Positions 49,110-61,073 of a DNA stretch of 64,000 nucleotides are shown in pieces. The stretch is from an uncultured delta proteobacterium (GTDB lineage Bacteria; Myxococcota_A; Polyangia; Polyangiales; Polyangiaceae): contig CAVOKF010000006.1 in NCBI GenBank assembly GCA_963696385.1, positions 256,001-320,000 on the forward strand, written 5' to 3'. Below the pieces are notes generated by a model, which searched no databases, was not told the origin of the DNA, and saw only the letters and a list, made by a program, of their open reading frames with translations. How positions within the stretch are numbered: the first letter of the stretch is position 1; each line of letters begins with the position of its first letter. A program made the position numbers and the translations under genes.

Positions 49110-51563
49110 TCAAGCCTGCACGGGGACTTTCCAGATGTCTCGTGCGTACCCGCGGATGGTCTCATCGCTCGAAAATCGGCCCATGTTGGCGATGTTGACG
49201 AGGGCCATCTTCGCCCAGCGATCGGGATCCCCGTAGGCATTCTCCACGTCGCGCTGCGCGGCGGCATAGGCCGCGAAGTCGGCCAAGACGAAAAAGGGGT
49301 CGCGCGACAAGAGCGCGTCCACCACCGGCCGATGCCGATCGGGGTCGACATCGGAATAAACGCCGCTCGCGATGGCGTCGAGAGCCGCGCGGAGCGAGGC
49401 GTCCCCCTGGCAGGCTTGCCTCGGGTCGTAGCCGGCCCGCCGGCGCGCGTCGACTTGCTCGTCGGTCATTCCGAAAATGAACATGTTGTCGGCCCCCACG
49501 GCCTCGAGGATCTCGATGTTCGCTCCGTCGAGGGTGCCGATCGTGAGGGCGCCGTTGAGGGAAAGCTTCATGTTCCCGGTCCCCGAAGCCTCCGTGCCCG
49601 CGGTGGAGACCTGCTCGGACAGGTCCGCGGCAGGGATGACGATCTCGGCGAGCGTCACCGAGTAGTTCGGAAGGAACACGAGACGGATGCGATCGCGCGT
49701 TCGTTCGTCGTGCTCGAGGGTCGCCCCCACGTCGTTGGCGAGTCGAATGATCCGCTTGGCCATGGCATAGCCGGGTGCGGCCTTGCCCGCGATGAGAACG
49801 ACACGCGGAGTGCGCAGTTCGCCGCGGGCCGCGAGCTGGTGAAGGTGGACGACATGCAAGATCGGCAAGAGCTGCCGCTTGTATTCGTGGATGCGTTTGA
49901 CCTGAACGTCGAAAAGGGCCGCCGGGTCGAGGCGCAGCCCCAGCGTCGTTTGAACGTACCGGACCAGTTGCTCTTTGTTTGCGAGCTTGCTGCTGCGGAA
50001 ATGGGCGCGCACGGCGGGATCGTCGGCGGCCGGCGCCAGCCGGGCGAGCTCGGGCAGATCGGCGACCCATGTCTCGCCGATCTGCGCGGTGATGAGATCG
50101 GACAGAGGGGCATTGCATTTTCGCAACCAGCGGCGGGGCGTCACCCCGTTGGTCTGGTTACCGAACTTGTCCGGCCACATCTGCGCGAAGTCGCGGAACA
50201 GCCGGGATCGCAGGATGCGACTGTGCAGTGCCGAGACTCCGTTGACGTGCGCGCTGCCGACAATCGCAAGATGAGCCATCCGCAGGCGTTGCTCGGGCCC
50301 CTCTTCGATGAGCGACATGCGCGACTTGCGGGCGTCGTCGCCGGGAAAGCGGCTTCCGACCTCGTCGAGGAACCGGCGGTTGATCTCGAACACGATCTGC
50401 AGGTGCCTCGGCAGCACCAGACCGAACAGCCACACGGGCCACTGTTCGAGAGCCTCCGGCAGAACGGTGTGGTTGGTGTACGCGAACGCATGCGTCGTGA
50501 TGGCCCACGCCTCGTCCCACCCCAGGCCGTGTTCGTCGACGAGCAACCGCATCATCTCCGCGATCGCCACGGCCGGGTGGGTGTCGTTCAATTGGAATAC
50601 GGCCGCCTCGTGCAGATTGCGAACGTCCGGCCAGCGCGACAGGTGCCGGCGGATGGCATCCTGCAGGGTCGCCGAGACAAAGAAGTACTCTTGCCGCAGA
50701 CGCAGTTCCCGTCCTTGGGCGTTCTGGTCGTTCGGATAGAGAACCTTGGCCAGATTCTCGCTCGCGGTCTTATCGTGCACGGCGGCGACGTAGTCGCCGC
50801 GGTTGAACGTGCCGATGTCGAATTCGCGCGTGGCCTTGGCCGACCAAAGGCGCAGCGAGTTGACGACGTCGTTGCGGTACCCCGGCACGGGCGTGTCGTA
50901 CGCCATGGCCATGACGTTCTCCGTATCGACCCAGCGGAAGGTCGACTGCCCGGCGTGCTGCTCGGGTTGAACGTGGCCGCCGAAGCGAACGACGTAGAGT
51001 CGCTCCGGGCGAGCAATCTCCCAGGGGTTCGGGTAGCGTAGCCAGTTGTCCGGCTGCTCGATCTGCTCGCCGTCCACGATGCATTGACGGAAGATGCCGT
51101 ACTCGTAACGAATGCCATAGCCGATCGCCGGAATGCCGAGGCGCGCCATCGAATCGAGAAAGCAAGCCGCCAGCCGCCCCAGGCCTCCGTTGCCGAGGCC
51201 CGCGTCGTCCTCGTACTGAGTCAGTTCGTGGAGGTCGATGCCGAGGTCGGCGAGCGCGGCACCGGCTTCGCCGGTGACCCCCAAGTTGAGCATCGCGTCG
51301 TCGAGCAGCCTGCCGATCAGGTACTCGAGCGAGAGGTAATACACGCGCCGTTCGGCCTGGCGGAACGTCCGTTGAAGGGTCTTGTTCCAGCGATCGGCGA
51401 TGCGATCGCGCACGGACAGAGCGATGGCGCGATAGAAGTCGCGCGGGGTCGCCGAGTACTCGTCCTTGGCGATCGTGTACTCGACGTGCCCTGCGAACGA
51501 TCTCTCGAACGCCGCGCGGCTCATCGCGAGATCGCTTTCGGTAAGAAAGCTGCGGTCGGTCAT
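49110..51563 (-). CDS. glgP: Glycogen/starch phosphorylase
   Basis: Motifs GLGNGGLGRLAACFLDS, QLNDTHP, KRIHEYKRQ, EASGTGNMK. Confidence 0.96.
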   Translation of the reverse strand: MTDRSFLTESDLAMSRAAFERSFAGHVEYTIAKDEYSATPRDFYRAIALSVRDRIADRWNKTLQRTFRQAERRVYYLSLEYLIGRLLDDAMLNLGVTGEAGAALADLGIDLHELTQYEDDAGLGNGGLGRLAACFLDSMARLGIPAIGYGIRYEYGIFRQCIVDGEQIEQPDNWLRYPNPWEIARPERLYVVRFGGHVQPEQHAGQSTFRWVDTENVMAMAYDTPVPGYRNDVVNSLRLWSAKATREFDIGTFNRGDYVAAVHDKTASENLAKVLYPNDQNAQGRELRLRQEYFFVSATLQDAIRRHLSRWPDVRNLHEAAVFQLNDTHPAVAIAEMMRLLVDEHGLGWDEAWAITTHAFAYTNHTVLPEALEQWPVWLFGLVLPRHLQIVFEINRRFLDEVGSRFPGDDARKSRMSLIEEGPEQRLRMAHLAIVGSAHVNGVSALHSRILRSRLFRDFAQMWPDKFGNQTNGVTPRRWLRKCNAPLSDLITAQIGETWVADLPELARLAPAADDPAVRAHFRSSKLANKEQLVRYVQTTLGLRLDPAALFDVQVKRIHEYKRQLLPILHVVHLHQLAARGELRTPRVVLIAGKAAPGYAMAKRIIRLANDVGATLEHDERTRDRIRLVFLPNYSVTLAEIVIPAADLSEQVSTAGTEASGTGNMKLSLNGALTIGTLDGANIEILEAVGADNMFIFGMTDEQVDARRRAGYDPRQACQGDASLRAALDAIASGVYSDVDPDRHRPVVDALLSRDPFFVLADFAAYAAAQRDVENAYGDPDRWAKMALVNIANMGRFSSDETIRGYARDIWKVPVQA

Positions 51564-51704
51564 GATGGACCGCGAGGGTACGGGAAGTCGCCCGCGCAAA
51601 TCGAGCGCGGCCGCATCCCGGGTTCAGCGCGGGGGGGGCGCACCTTGCACTACGTCTTTCGAGGGTCCGCTTCGCGCTCGCGCGGCCGCGAGTCGATCTC
51701 GGCG

Positions 51705-51787
51705 GCGCGCTCGCGAGCCACGTCGCCGCAAACGAGTGTGGTTCTCGGCCGCGCGCCCGCGAGCCACGTGGCCGCAAACGAGTGTGG
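51705..51787. repeat. Intergenic 37-bp near-perfect direct repeat (46-bp period)
   Basis: gcgcgc(t/c)cgcgagccacgt(c/g)gccgcaaacgagtgtgg at 51705 and 51751. Confidence 0.85.
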
Positions 51788-51807
51788 ATGCGCGTTGCCC
51801 AATCCGA

Positions 51808-52395
51808 CTAGGAGCCCGTGCGAGGGGGAAATGAGGCCAGGACCTTTTCGATGGCGCGCTGCAGCCGATCGTAGTCCGGGTGCGACGCATCGATCACTTC
51901 CCGAGCCGAACCGTGCCAAAGCATCTGATGGGTCTGCCCGTCGAACGCATCGATCACGAAGGACCCCTCGACCAGATCGTGTCGTTCGTCATCGAGCGGG
52001 GCCCCGCCAAATGCGATTTGACTCCCTCCGGTCTCGTGCGCCTCCCCAGCGGGCGGAAGGGGCGTCTCCTCGACCGCCGATTCTCGCCGGCCGGTCTCGA
52101 CGCGCACCACGAGGTCGGATCCGCCGGCGGCAGCGAGCGTGTAGCCGCGGGCCTCCAGGATCTTCGTACTGGCCTGTTCGATGCGGCCTCGCACCTCGGA
52201 GGACTGCGGCGATAGGGCGTACTTGGCGGGGGCCGCGAAGGTCGGGTCGAATGAAAAAGTGCGATAGCGGGCGAACTGCGCGTTCTGTGCCGTAATCGTG
52301 TGCACGACAAGCTCGGACGCACACCCGCCCATCGCGCACCATGCGACGACAGAGAGTGCCAAGCGAGCGACCCAAAAAAGTGGACGTGAGTGCAT
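51808..52395 (-). CDS. DUF4136-like lipoprotein
   Basis: Lipobox MGGC; FARYRTFSF and EGSFVIDAFDG....LWHGSA. Confidence 0.8.
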   Translation of the reverse strand: MHSRPLFWVARLALSVVAWCAMGGCASELVVHTITAQNAQFARYRTFSFDPTFAAPAKYALSPQSSEVRGRIEQASTKILEARGYTLAAAGGSDLVVRVETGRRESAVEETPLPPAGEAHETGGSQIAFGGAPLDDERHDLVEGSFVIDAFDGQTHQMLWHGSAREVIDASHPDYDRLQRAIEKVLASFPPRTGS

Positions 52396-52626
52396 GCCGA
52401 CGCTTTTAGCATCGGTCGTGCCGTTCGGGGCGGAACGGGTTGTCGGAGATGCCCAAACCCTATCGGGCGAGCGAGGGCGGGTACTTCGGCGGTATACGTA
52501 GCGCAAATGTTGCGGCTCGGCGTAACGTCTCGCGCCTTCGAGCCCATGGCCGGCCCCGTCGCTCGGGCGAGCCCTCGTCTCCCGGCGGGCGTCGGGACGC
52601 GTGCGCGCTCGCAAAGGCTGCCCCAC

Positions 52627-53316
52627 TCAGTCGAGTTTCAGCCGATAGCCGACGCCGGGCTCCGTCAAGAGAAAGCGCGGACGCGCGGGATCCTGCTCCA
52701 ACTTGTTTCTTAGATGACCCATATAGACGTGCAAATACTGCTTCTGCGTCGCATAGCGCGGTCCCCAGACTTCCTTCAGCAACTGCTGATACGTCAGGAC
52801 CCGTCCGGCTCTTCGCGCCAGCGTTGCGAGAAGCTTGTACTCGATCGGGGTGAGACGCACCTCGCCGCCGGCCACCGTGACGACACGGCTGACGAGGTCG
52901 ATGCGCAGATCGCCGAGGACGAAGACGGCGTCCTTCTTGTCGCTGCGCCGCTCGGCGTGGCGCTCGGCCACGCGAATGCGTGCCAAAAGCTCCGGGAGGC
53001 TGAACGGCTTGGTCAGATAATCGTCCGCACCGGCATCGAGTGCGGCGATCTTGTCCTGATCTTGCCCGCGCGCCGACAGGATGATGATCGGCGTGTCGGT
53101 CCATTCGCGCAGGCGTCGCGTCACTTCGATGCCGTCGATGTCGGGCAGGCCCAAATCGAGCAGAATGACGTCCGGATGCTGCGACGCCGCCTCGGCAAGT
53201 CCTTGCATTCCGTTCGCGGCCTCCACGAGCTTGCATCCGTTGGCGGCCAGCGAGCTCCGCAAAAACCGCCGCATTTGCGACTCGTCGTCGATGACGAGCA
53301 CCGTGAGCGGCGTCAT
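52627..53316 (-). CDS. kdpE: KdpE response regulator
   Basis: Motifs VIDDE, LDLGLPD, GADDYLTKPF, LTEPGVGYR; ATGA-coupled to kdpD. Confidence 0.95.
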   Translation of the reverse strand: MTPLTVLVIDDESQMRRFLRSSLAANGCKLVEAANGMQGLAEAASQHPDVILLDLGLPDIDGIEVTRRLREWTDTPIIILSARGQDQDKIAALDAGADDYLTKPFSLPELLARIRVAERHAERRSDKKDAVFVLGDLRIDLVSRVVTVAGGEVRLTPIEYKLLATLARRAGRVLTYQQLLKEVWGPRYATQKQYLHVYMGHLRNKLEQDPARPRFLLTEPGVGYRLKLD

Positions 53317-56013
53317 CGTTCGTCCTCGGGCGCGAGCTCGGGAGGGGAGCCCTCGATGGGCACCGTGAACCGGAACACGGCTCCGCCGCCGCCACGGTTC
53401 TCCGCCCAGATGCGGCCGCCGTGCGCCTCGACGATGGCGCGGCAGATCGATAGGCCGAGACCCGCGCCCCCGCTCGCGCCCTCTCTCGGCAGTCGATAGA
53501 ACTTCTCGAAGACGCGGTCGGCGAGCTCTTCGGGGATGCCGGGCCCTCGATCGGCGAGTTCGACCACCAGAGTGCCGCCTTCGGCGTGAACGGAAATGTC
53601 GATCGGGGAACCGGGCGGCGTGTACTTGACAGCATTCTCGAGCAGGTTGATGAGGACCTGCTCGATGAGCAGACCGTCGATCGGTACGGGCGTCAGGCCC
53701 GGCGGAACGTGTACGGCGACGCTCCTGCCGTGGAGCTGACCCTCGAGCCGATCGAGCGCCGCGCCGATGACGCCTTCGATGGGCTGCCATTCCTTGGTCA
53801 CATGCACCGTCCCGGACGCGAGTCGAGTCATGTCGAGCAAGTTTCGGACGAGCCGGTTCAGTCGCTGGGCCTCTTCGTGAATCGTCTCCGCGAGGTCGCG
53901 TCGTGCCGCTGGCGCGAGTGCAGGATCCGATTCGAGAAGCGCGCTGGCCGCTCCCGTAATGACCGACAGCGGCGTGCGCAGGTCGTGCGAGACGGAGCTC
54001 AAGAGAGAGCTTCGCATGCGCTCGGCCTCCACTTGCAGCGTGGCTTGGTGCGCCTGCTCGGCGAGCCGACTGCGCTCGAGCGCGGATGCAATCTGACTGG
54101 CGAATACGTCGATGAGCGTGCGCTGCTCGGCTTCGTTGAGCCGGCGAGGATCTCTGGGCTGGACACCCAGGACGCCTACGCGACCCTGTGCGCCCCGGAG
54201 AGGCACGTAGAGCGCGCTTGCGGACGGCAGGGTGTCGGTCCCCAGCCCGGCGGGCTTGTCGTGCGAATAGACCCATTCGACGACGCCGCGCTCCTTTTCG
54301 TCGGGAGCGAAGGCGTGATCGCCAGCGGCCACGTTGTCGAGCCGACCGTCTTGCGTCTCGAGGAATATGGCGACTTTCGCTTCGAACACGTCGTGAACAT
54401 GGCGCGCGGCGGCGTCCGCGAGGTGGGTCGTGATCCGGGTTGCGGCGAGCTCCCGGCTCAGGCCGTACAGGCTCGCAGTGCGCCGCTCGCGATACCGGGC
54501 GTCGTCGGCCTGCAGGCGGACACGGCGGGTGAGACGGCTGACGACGACGGCCACGACGAACATGACGGCGAACGTCACGACGTGCTGAAAGTCGGAGACG
54601 GCGAAACTCAGGTAGGGCGGTACGAAGAAGAAGTCGAGCAAAAGGACGCTGAGGACCGCCGCGACGATGGACGCTCCGTATCCGAACCGCAGCGATACGA
54701 GGATGATTCCGAGCAGGTAAATCATGACGACGTCGGCCAGTTGCCGCCGTCCGAAGAGCGACCAGGCGAGGGCCGTCGCCACGAGGGTCATGGCGGCGCT
54801 CGCGGCGTACGCGCGTGCCGGCAAGGCCGGCACCGAGCGCGCCTTGTCGACTTTGTACGGCCGCGGGAGCGTCGTCTCTCCGGAGATGACATACACGTCG
54901 ATGTCGCCGCTCGACCGGACGACCTCGTCGAGAAAGGACGGGGAGACGAAGTCGCGCCAGCGGGGATGCGTCGGTTTTCCGATGACGATCTTGGTGACGT
55001 TGCGCGTGCGCGCGAAACCGACGATCTCCGCTGCGGCATTCTCGCCCCTCAGGGTGACGGGCTCGGCCCCGAGCAGTTCCGCCAAGCGCAAGTGGTCAGA
55101 GAGGCGCTGGCGGTGCGCGTCCGTCATCCTCAAGGCCGCCGGCGTCTCGACGAAAGCGGCAATGCACGGTGCGTGCAGGCTGGTGGCCATTCGTCGCGCT
55201 GCGCGTACGAGTCGTGCCGACGCCGGGCTCGCGCTCACGCAGACGAGAATCCGCTCGGCGGTGGGCCAGACGCCCTGGATGCCGTGCTCGGTCTTGTACG
55301 TGCGCATGTCGGCGTCGACCCGCTCGGCGACGCTCCGGAGCGACGAGCTCGCGCAACGCGATGAGATTGCCTTTTCGGAAGAAGCTCTCGACCGCGCGTT
55401 GCGCCTGGTCGGGGATGTAAACCTTGCCGCTCGTCAGCCGCTCGATGAGCTCGTCGGGCGGCAGGTCGATGAGGCGGACCTCGGCCGCCTCGTCGAGCAC
55501 CCGGTCGGGAACCGTTTCGCGAACGACGATGCCGGTGACCTGGGCGACGACGTCGTTCAGGCTTTCGAGGTGCTGTACGTTGAGCGTCGAGTAAACGTCG
55601 ATTCCCGCCTCGAGCAGATCCTCCACGTCCTGCCATCGCTTGGCGTGGCGCAAACCGGGGGCGTTGGTGTGCGCGAGCTCGTCGATGAGGATGAGTCCGG
55701 GCCTTCGCGCAAGCGCGGCGTCGAGGTCGAACTCCTCGACGATCACAGCGCGGTGCTCCACTCGGCGTCGGGGCAACATTTCCAGACCGATCACGAGCGC
55801 GCCCGTGTCGAAACGCCCGTGGCTCTCGACGACACCGATGACGACGTCGCGCTTCAAGTCGCGCTCGCTGCGCGCCGCCTCGAGCATCGCGTACGTCTTT
55901 CCTACGCCAGGGGCCGCCCCAAAGAAGATGACGAGCTTGCCGCGCCGCGCGCGCCGCTCGGCGGCGGCCACCTGTCGCAAAAGCTCGTCCGGGTTGGCGC
56001 GCCCCTCGGTCAC
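53313..56013 (-). CDS. kdpD: KdpD sensor histidine kinase; +1 frameshift near 55343
   Basis: N-terminal GAAPGVGKTYAML...KRWQD (ORF 55096..56022) continues in another frame into USP, TM, GAF, SHDLRTPL and HATPase domains (ORF 53313..55307). Confidence 0.92.
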
Positions 56014-56052
56014 CGCGCCCACTGTAGGGCCGAAAGACGCGCGGACGCGACG

Positions 56053-56640
56053 CTACTTCACCGCGTCGAGCGCGAGATTCAGTTCGAGGACGTCGACGCG
56101 CGGTTCCCCGAGAATGCCGAGCTGGCGACTCTCGCTATGCGCATCGACCAGAGCCTGGACGGTCGCCTCGTCGAGGCGCCGGGCCTTGGCGACACGACGT
56201 ATCTGATAGTACGCCGCAGCCGGGGAGATGTCGGGGTCGAGGCCACTGCCGGAAGAGGTCACCAAATCCACGGGAATGGGCGCCTGGTTATGCGGATCCG
56301 AGGCCCGGAGCGCGTCCACGCGGCCCTTGACCTCGTCGAGGAGCGCCGGGTTGGTGGGTCCGAGATTCGACGCGAGAGAGGAGCCGCCATTGTACGGTAG
56401 GGCTTTTCCATTCGCATCGGTCGTCGCCGACAGACGCCCCCAGAAATACTTGGGGTCGTCGAACGACTGGCCGATGAGCTTCGAACCGACCGGCTTGCCA
56501 TCCCGCAGGATGAGGCTCCCGTTGGCTTGGTAGGGGAATGCCGCTTGGGCGATGCCGGTGACCAAGAGCGGATAAAAAACGCCCGTCACCAACGTCAGCG
56601 CGGCGAGGACGACGAGCGCAGCGCGAATCTGAGACACCAT
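56053..56640 (-). CDS. kdpC: K+-transporting ATPase subunit C
   Basis: Motifs [33 protein letters not shown]. Confidence 0.96.
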   Translation of the reverse strand: MVSQIRAALVVLAALTLVTGVFYPLLVTGIAQAAFPYQANGSLILRDGKPVGSKLIGQSFDDPKYFWGRLSATTDANGKALPYNGGSSLASNLGPTNPALLDEVKGRVDALRASDPHNQAPIPVDLVTSSGSGLDPDISPAAAYYQIRRVAKARRLDEATVQALVDAHSESRQLGILGEPRVDVLELNLALDAVK

Positions 56641-56655
56641 GGGGCAACCCTTCGT

Positions 56656-58854
56656 TCAAGCGAGGTGGAGGACGACGAGCAAGAGATCGATGGCCTTGAT
56701 ACCGATGAACGGCGCCACGATGCCGCCTAGGCCGTAGAGGATCAGATGGTCGCGCAAGAGCCGCGACGCGCCGACGGCCCGATACGCGATCCCGCGCAGC
56801 GCCAACGGAATGAGGGCGATGATGATGAGCGCGTTGAAGATGACGGCGCTCAAGATGGCGCTCTGAGGGGTCGCGAGGTGCATGACGTTGAGCGTGTCGA
56901 GCGCCGGGTACGTCGTCGCGAACGCGGCGGGAATGATGGCGAAGTACTTGGCCACGTCGTTGGCGATGCTGAAGGTCGTCAGCGCGCCCCGTGTCATCAA
57001 GAGCTGCTTGCCGATCTCGACCACTTCGATGAGCTTGGTGGGGTTCGAGTCGAGGTCCACCATGTTGCCGGCCTCTTTGGCCGCTTGCGTCCCCGTATTC
57101 ATCGCTACGGCGACATCGGCCTGGGCTAGCGCGGGGGCGTCGTTGGTCCCGTCGCCGGTCATCGCGACCAGACGTCCGCCCTTCTGGTGCTCTCGAATGA
57201 GGGCGAGTTTGGTTTCGGGGGTGGCCTGAGCGAGATAGTCATCGACCCCCGACTCCGCGGCGATCGCCGCTGCGGTCGTCGGGTTGTCGCCGGTGATCAT
57301 CACCGTCTTGATGCCCATCTTGCGCAGTTCGGCGAAGCGCTCCTTGATGCCGCCCTTGACGATGTCCTTGAGCTGAATGACGCCGAGGACCTTCGCCCCC
57401 TCGGCCACGACGAGCGGCGTTCCTCCGCTCTTCGATATGGACGCGACATTCGCATGCACGTCGGGGGCAAAGACCCCTCCTTTGGCGTTCACGTACGCTT
57501 CGATGGCGTCCGCAGCCCCTTTGCGGATTTCGCGACCGTCCAGGTCCACGCCGCTCATCCGCGTTTGCGCCGTGAACGGCACGAACGTCGCTTTGAGTGC
57601 TCGCACGTCGCGTTCGCGAATTCCATATTGCTCCTTCGCGAGCACGACGATGCTGCGGCCCTCGGGGGTCTCGTCGGCGAGCGAGCTCAATTGCGCGGCG
57701 TCGGCCAAACCCTCTTTCGTGCAGCCCGGCGCGGGCAGGAACGTCGTCGCCTGTCTGTTTCCGAGCGTGATCGTGCCCGTCTTGTCGAGCAGCAGCACGT
57801 CCACGTCGCCGGCCGCCTCGACCGCGCGCCCGCTCGTCGCGATGATGTTGGCCTGAATCATCCGATCCATTCCGGCGATGCCGATGGCCGAAAGCAGGCC
57901 CCCGATCGTCGTCGGGATGAGGCACACGAGCAAGGCGACCAGCACCGTGATCGTCACCGGCGTCCCTTGCTTGGCAGCCTCGACGCTGAAAAGCGAGTAA
58001 GGCAGCAGCGTCACCGTGGCGAGCAGGAAAATGATCGTGAGCGCGGCCAGCAGAATGTCGAGCGCGATCTCGTTGGGGGTCTTCTGCCGCTTCGCCCCTT
58101 CGACCATCGCGATCATTCGGTCGAGGAACGTTTCGCCGGGGTTGGCCGTGACCCGCACGATGAGCCAGTCGGACAACACCCGAGTGCCGCCGGTGACGGC
58201 GCTCCGGTCGCCGCCGCTTTCGCGAATGACCGGCGCGCTCTCGCCGGTGATCGCGCTCTCGTCCACCGAGGCGACGCCCTCGACGATCTCGCCGTCGCCC
58301 GGGATGTAATCGCCCGCTTCGACCAAGACGAAGTCGCCTTTGCGCAGCTGTGAGGCGAAGACGGGGTTCGGGATCGCGCCGCGGCGCGGCTCGGAAACCC
58401 GCTTGGCCTGGATGTCCTTTCGCGCTTTGCGCAGCGAGTCGGCTTGTGCCTTGCCTCGTCCCTCGGCCATCGCCTCGGCGAAGTTGGCGAAGACCACGGT
58501 GAACCAGAGCCAGGCCGAGATGGCGCCGATGAACCCGGTCGGCGCCTCTCCGTGGCCGACAAGAGCTTGAACGAACAGCGCCGTGGTCAGGACGCTGCCG
58601 ACCTCGACCACGAACATCACCGGGTTTCTCACCTGGTGGCGAGGGTCGAGCTTGCGGAAACTGTCGGCGATCGCGCGGCGCACGATCGCCGGTTCGAAGA
58701 GCGGTCGCGCCTGGCCTCGTCGACGGTTCTTGCCGTGCTCGATCGTGGCCCCTGCGCCGGAAGCCATCGCACCCGACGGCTGGGTCGTTGCCGCCGAGCC
58801 GATCGAAGCGCTCGGCTCCGGCAGCGAGTCTGCAGCGAGCTTGTTCGTGGTCAT
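56656..58854 (-). CDS. kdpB: K+-transporting ATPase subunit B
   Basis: Motifs [29 protein letters not shown]. Confidence 0.97.
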   Translation of the reverse strand: MTTNKLAADSLPEPSASIGSAATTQPSGAMASGAGATIEHGKNRRRGQARPLFEPAIVRRAIADSFRKLDPRHQVRNPVMFVVEVGSVLTTALFVQALVGHGEAPTGFIGAISAWLWFTVVFANFAEAMAEGRGKAQADSLRKARKDIQAKRVSEPRRGAIPNPVFASQLRKGDFVLVEAGDYIPGDGEIVEGVASVDESAITGESAPVIRESGGDRSAVTGGTRVLSDWLIVRVTANPGETFLDRMIAMVEGAKRQKTPNEIALDILLAALTIIFLLATVTLLPYSLFSVEAAKQGTPVTITVLVALLVCLIPTTIGGLLSAIGIAGMDRMIQANIIATSGRAVEAAGDVDVLLLDKTGTITLGNRQATTFLPAPGCTKEGLADAAQLSSLADETPEGRSIVVLAKEQYGIRERDVRALKATFVPFTAQTRMSGVDLDGREIRKGAADAIEAYVNAKGGVFAPDVHANVASISKSGGTPLVVAEGAKVLGVIQLKDIVKGGIKERFAELRKMGIKTVMITGDNPTTAAAIAAESGVDDYLAQATPETKLALIREHQKGGRLVAMTGDGTNDAPALAQADVAVAMNTGTQAAKEAGNMVDLDSNPTKLIEVVEIGKQLLMTRGALTTFSIANDVAKYFAIIPAAFATTYPALDTLNVMHLATPQSAILSAVIFNALIIIALIPLALRGIAYRAVGASRLLRDHLILYGLGGIVAPFIGIKAIDLLLVVLHLA

Positions 58855-58870
58855 TGCGATTCTCCGAGCC

Positions 58871-60622
58871 TCATGATTTCGCAAGCAAGTGCTCGACGAT
58901 GGGTCCGAGCGCGAGCGAGGGGATGAACGTCAAGGCGCCGACGATCACGATCGTTCCGACGAGCATCGCCACGAAAAGTGGGGTGTGCGTGGGCAGCGTT
59001 CCTGCGCCCGGTGGGACGAGCTTCTTTTGGGCGAGGGCACCGGCCAGCGCGAGCACGGGGACCTTGACGAAGTATCGGCCGAGAAACATCGCTACGCCGA
59101 GGAGCGTGTTGTAAAAGGGCGTATTGGCGCTCAAACCGCCGAACGCGCTTCCATTGTTGTTCGCGGCGGAAGAGAAGGCGTAGAGCACCTCGGTGAAGCC
59201 ATGCGGGCCGGGGTTGAAAACGCCTTTCTTACCCGCCTCCGTGACGACCGCGACGGCCGTCAGAATGAGTATGGTCGCGGCCGGGAAGAGAATGGCGAGA
59301 GACGCCATTTTCATCTCCTTGGCCTCGATTTTCTTCCCGAGGTATTCGGGCGTTCGTCCGACCATCAGGCCCGCGACGAACACGGCCACGATCGCGAACA
59401 TCAATATGCCGTACATCCCGGCGCCGACGCCGCCGAAAATGATTTCGCCGAGCTGAATGAGCCAGAGCGGCACGAGACCGCCGAGGGGCGTGAACGAGTC
59501 GTGCATCCCGTTGACCGCTCCGCACGACACGCCGGTCGTCGCCGTGGCGAAGAGTGAGGTCGCGGAGATGCCGAAGCGGACCTCTTTGCCTTCCATGTTG
59601 CCGCCCGCCTGCAGCGCGCTGGCGGCCTGATCGATGGGCAAAGCCGACAGGGCGGGGTTGCCCCCTTGCTCTTGCCACACGCACAACGCGAGCAGCGGAA
59701 CGAACACGATGAACATCGCCGCCAGGATGGTCCAACCCTGGCGCGTGTCCTTGACCATCTTGCCGAACGTGTAGGTGAGCGCGGCCGGGATGAGCAACAG
59801 TCCGTAGACGTTCAGGAAGTTGGCAATGGGCGTCGGGTTCTCGAAGGGATGCGCCGAATTGGCGTTGAAGAACCCGCCGCCGTTGGTGCCCAGCATCTTG
59901 ATGGCGATCTGCGATGCGGCCGGACCGAGGGCGATGACTTGGTCGGTGACGGCATGGCCGTCGGCGTCTTTGGTCGCCTGCAGAAGCCCTATCGTCGGGT
60001 ACGCGCCGAACGTCTGGACGACGCCTTGCGACACGAAAAGGACCGCCAGAATCGTCGAAAGCGGCAAGAGGATGTAGAGCGTGGTGCGCGTCAGATCGAC
60101 CCAGAAATTGCCCAAATGGTGGGTCGTCTTTCGCGCGATTCCGCGAAATAGGGCCACCATCACGGCCATGCCGGACGCGGCGCAGACGAAGTTCTGCACG
60201 GCCAAGGCGAGCATCTGCGTGAGGTAACTCATCGTCGTCTCGCCGCCGTAGCTCTGCCAGTTCGTGTTGGTGGCGAAGCTCACCGCCGTATTCCACGACA
60301 GATCGGGGGTCGGGGCGCTCATGCCTTGCGGGTTGAGTGGCAAGAAGCCCTGCAATCGTTGGATCGCATAGACCACGAGAATGCCCGCGCCATTGAACAG
60401 CAGCATGGCCGTGGCGTACGTGGTCCAGCGCATCTCGCTCTGCTCGGATTCGCGGGGCACCCCGCTCAGCCGGTAGATGAGGCGTTCGAGCCAGCCGAGG
60501 GCGCGTTCGAGGACGATCGGCTCTCCGTCGTAAACGCGGGCCATGTACGCGCCCAGCGGCTTTACGGATGCGACGAGGAGGGCGAGCGTCACGACGATCT
60601 GCGCGTAACCTTGCCAGTTCAC
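58871..60622 (-). CDS. kdpA: K+-transporting ATPase subunit A
   Basis: Motifs [29 protein letters not shown]. Confidence 0.97.
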   Translation of the reverse strand: MNWQGYAQIVVTLALLVASVKPLGAYMARVYDGEPIVLERALGWLERLIYRLSGVPRESEQSEMRWTTYATAMLLFNGAGILVVYAIQRLQGFLPLNPQGMSAPTPDLSWNTAVSFATNTNWQSYGGETTMSYLTQMLALAVQNFVCAASGMAVMVALFRGIARKTTHHLGNFWVDLTRTTLYILLPLSTILAVLFVSQGVVQTFGAYPTIGLLQATKDADGHAVTDQVIALGPAASQIAIKMLGTNGGGFFNANSAHPFENPTPIANFLNVYGLLLIPAALTYTFGKMVKDTRQGWTILAAMFIVFVPLLALCVWQEQGGNPALSALPIDQAASALQAGGNMEGKEVRFGISATSLFATATTGVSCGAVNGMHDSFTPLGGLVPLWLIQLGEIIFGGVGAGMYGILMFAIVAVFVAGLMVGRTPEYLGKKIEAKEMKMASLAILFPAATILILTAVAVVTEAGKKGVFNPGPHGFTEVLYAFSSAANNNGSAFGGLSANTPFYNTLLGVAMFLGRYFVKVPVLALAGALAQKKLVPPGAGTLPTHTPLFVAMLVGTIVIVGALTFIPSLALGPIVEHLLAKS

Positions 60623-60711
60623 GACAGAGCCTCCGGCTTGAGCAGCGCGATGAACAGGTAAACGAGGAGTCCCAAAGAAACGACTCCGCCAATGGCATAA
60701 AGGACGGGCAT
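60619..60711 (-). CDS. kdpF: KdpF small subunit (30 aa), absent from ORF track
   Basis: Hand translation [30 protein letters not shown] carries the YL..ALL.PE signature. GAGG RBS; stop overlaps the kdpA GTG. Confidence 0.92.
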   Translation of the reverse strand: MPVLYAIGGVVSLGLLVYLFIALLKPEALS

Positions 60712-60747
60712 GTCAGTATTTCCTCGATCGCGCCAAACGAGGCTGAT

Positions 60748-60828
60748 CTATACGCGCTCGCAGAGTCGGATCAGACCGAACGCGAGTGCAACGAGAGCGA
60801 GCGTGAATCCGACGTAGACGATGTCCAT
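60748..60828 (-). CDS. 26-aa hydrophobic Kdp-leader micro-protein
   Basis: Hand translation MDIVYVGFTLALVALAFGLIRLCERV. Confidence 0.75.
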   Translation of the reverse strand: MDIVYVGFTLALVALAFGLIRLCERV

Positions 60829-60853
60829 GGTTGTTTTCTCGGAGGCCTTCGAT

Positions 60854-60884
60854 CTAAGTCCGTTCGCTCTAAAAAGGGCCTAAA
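60854..60884 (-). promoter_or_regulatory. Putative KdpE box upstream of kdp operon
   Basis: Minus strand TTTAG-gccctt-TTTAG (11-bp period), followed by CTTAG. Confidence 0.65.
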
Positions 60885-61073
60885 GACATGCCGCAACGAT
60901 CGCCCCACGGAGATCCGTTGCATTCATCGGCGGCGGTCGTTATGCAGCTCTCGCGCCGCCCGCCCCTGGTTTGGCGCCCGCAGCGCGGTGCCGGGCCGAC
61001 CCGGGCCGGTGCCCGCCGCATTCGGCGCCGTCTCGGCCCGGCGGAAATCCCGCAAAGATTGCGCACAGGCGCG

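Noticed and set aside
61040..61070. Possible third KdpE-like box (TGTGC-N6-TTTGC, minus strand)
   Set aside because: Too degenerate to distinguish from chance.
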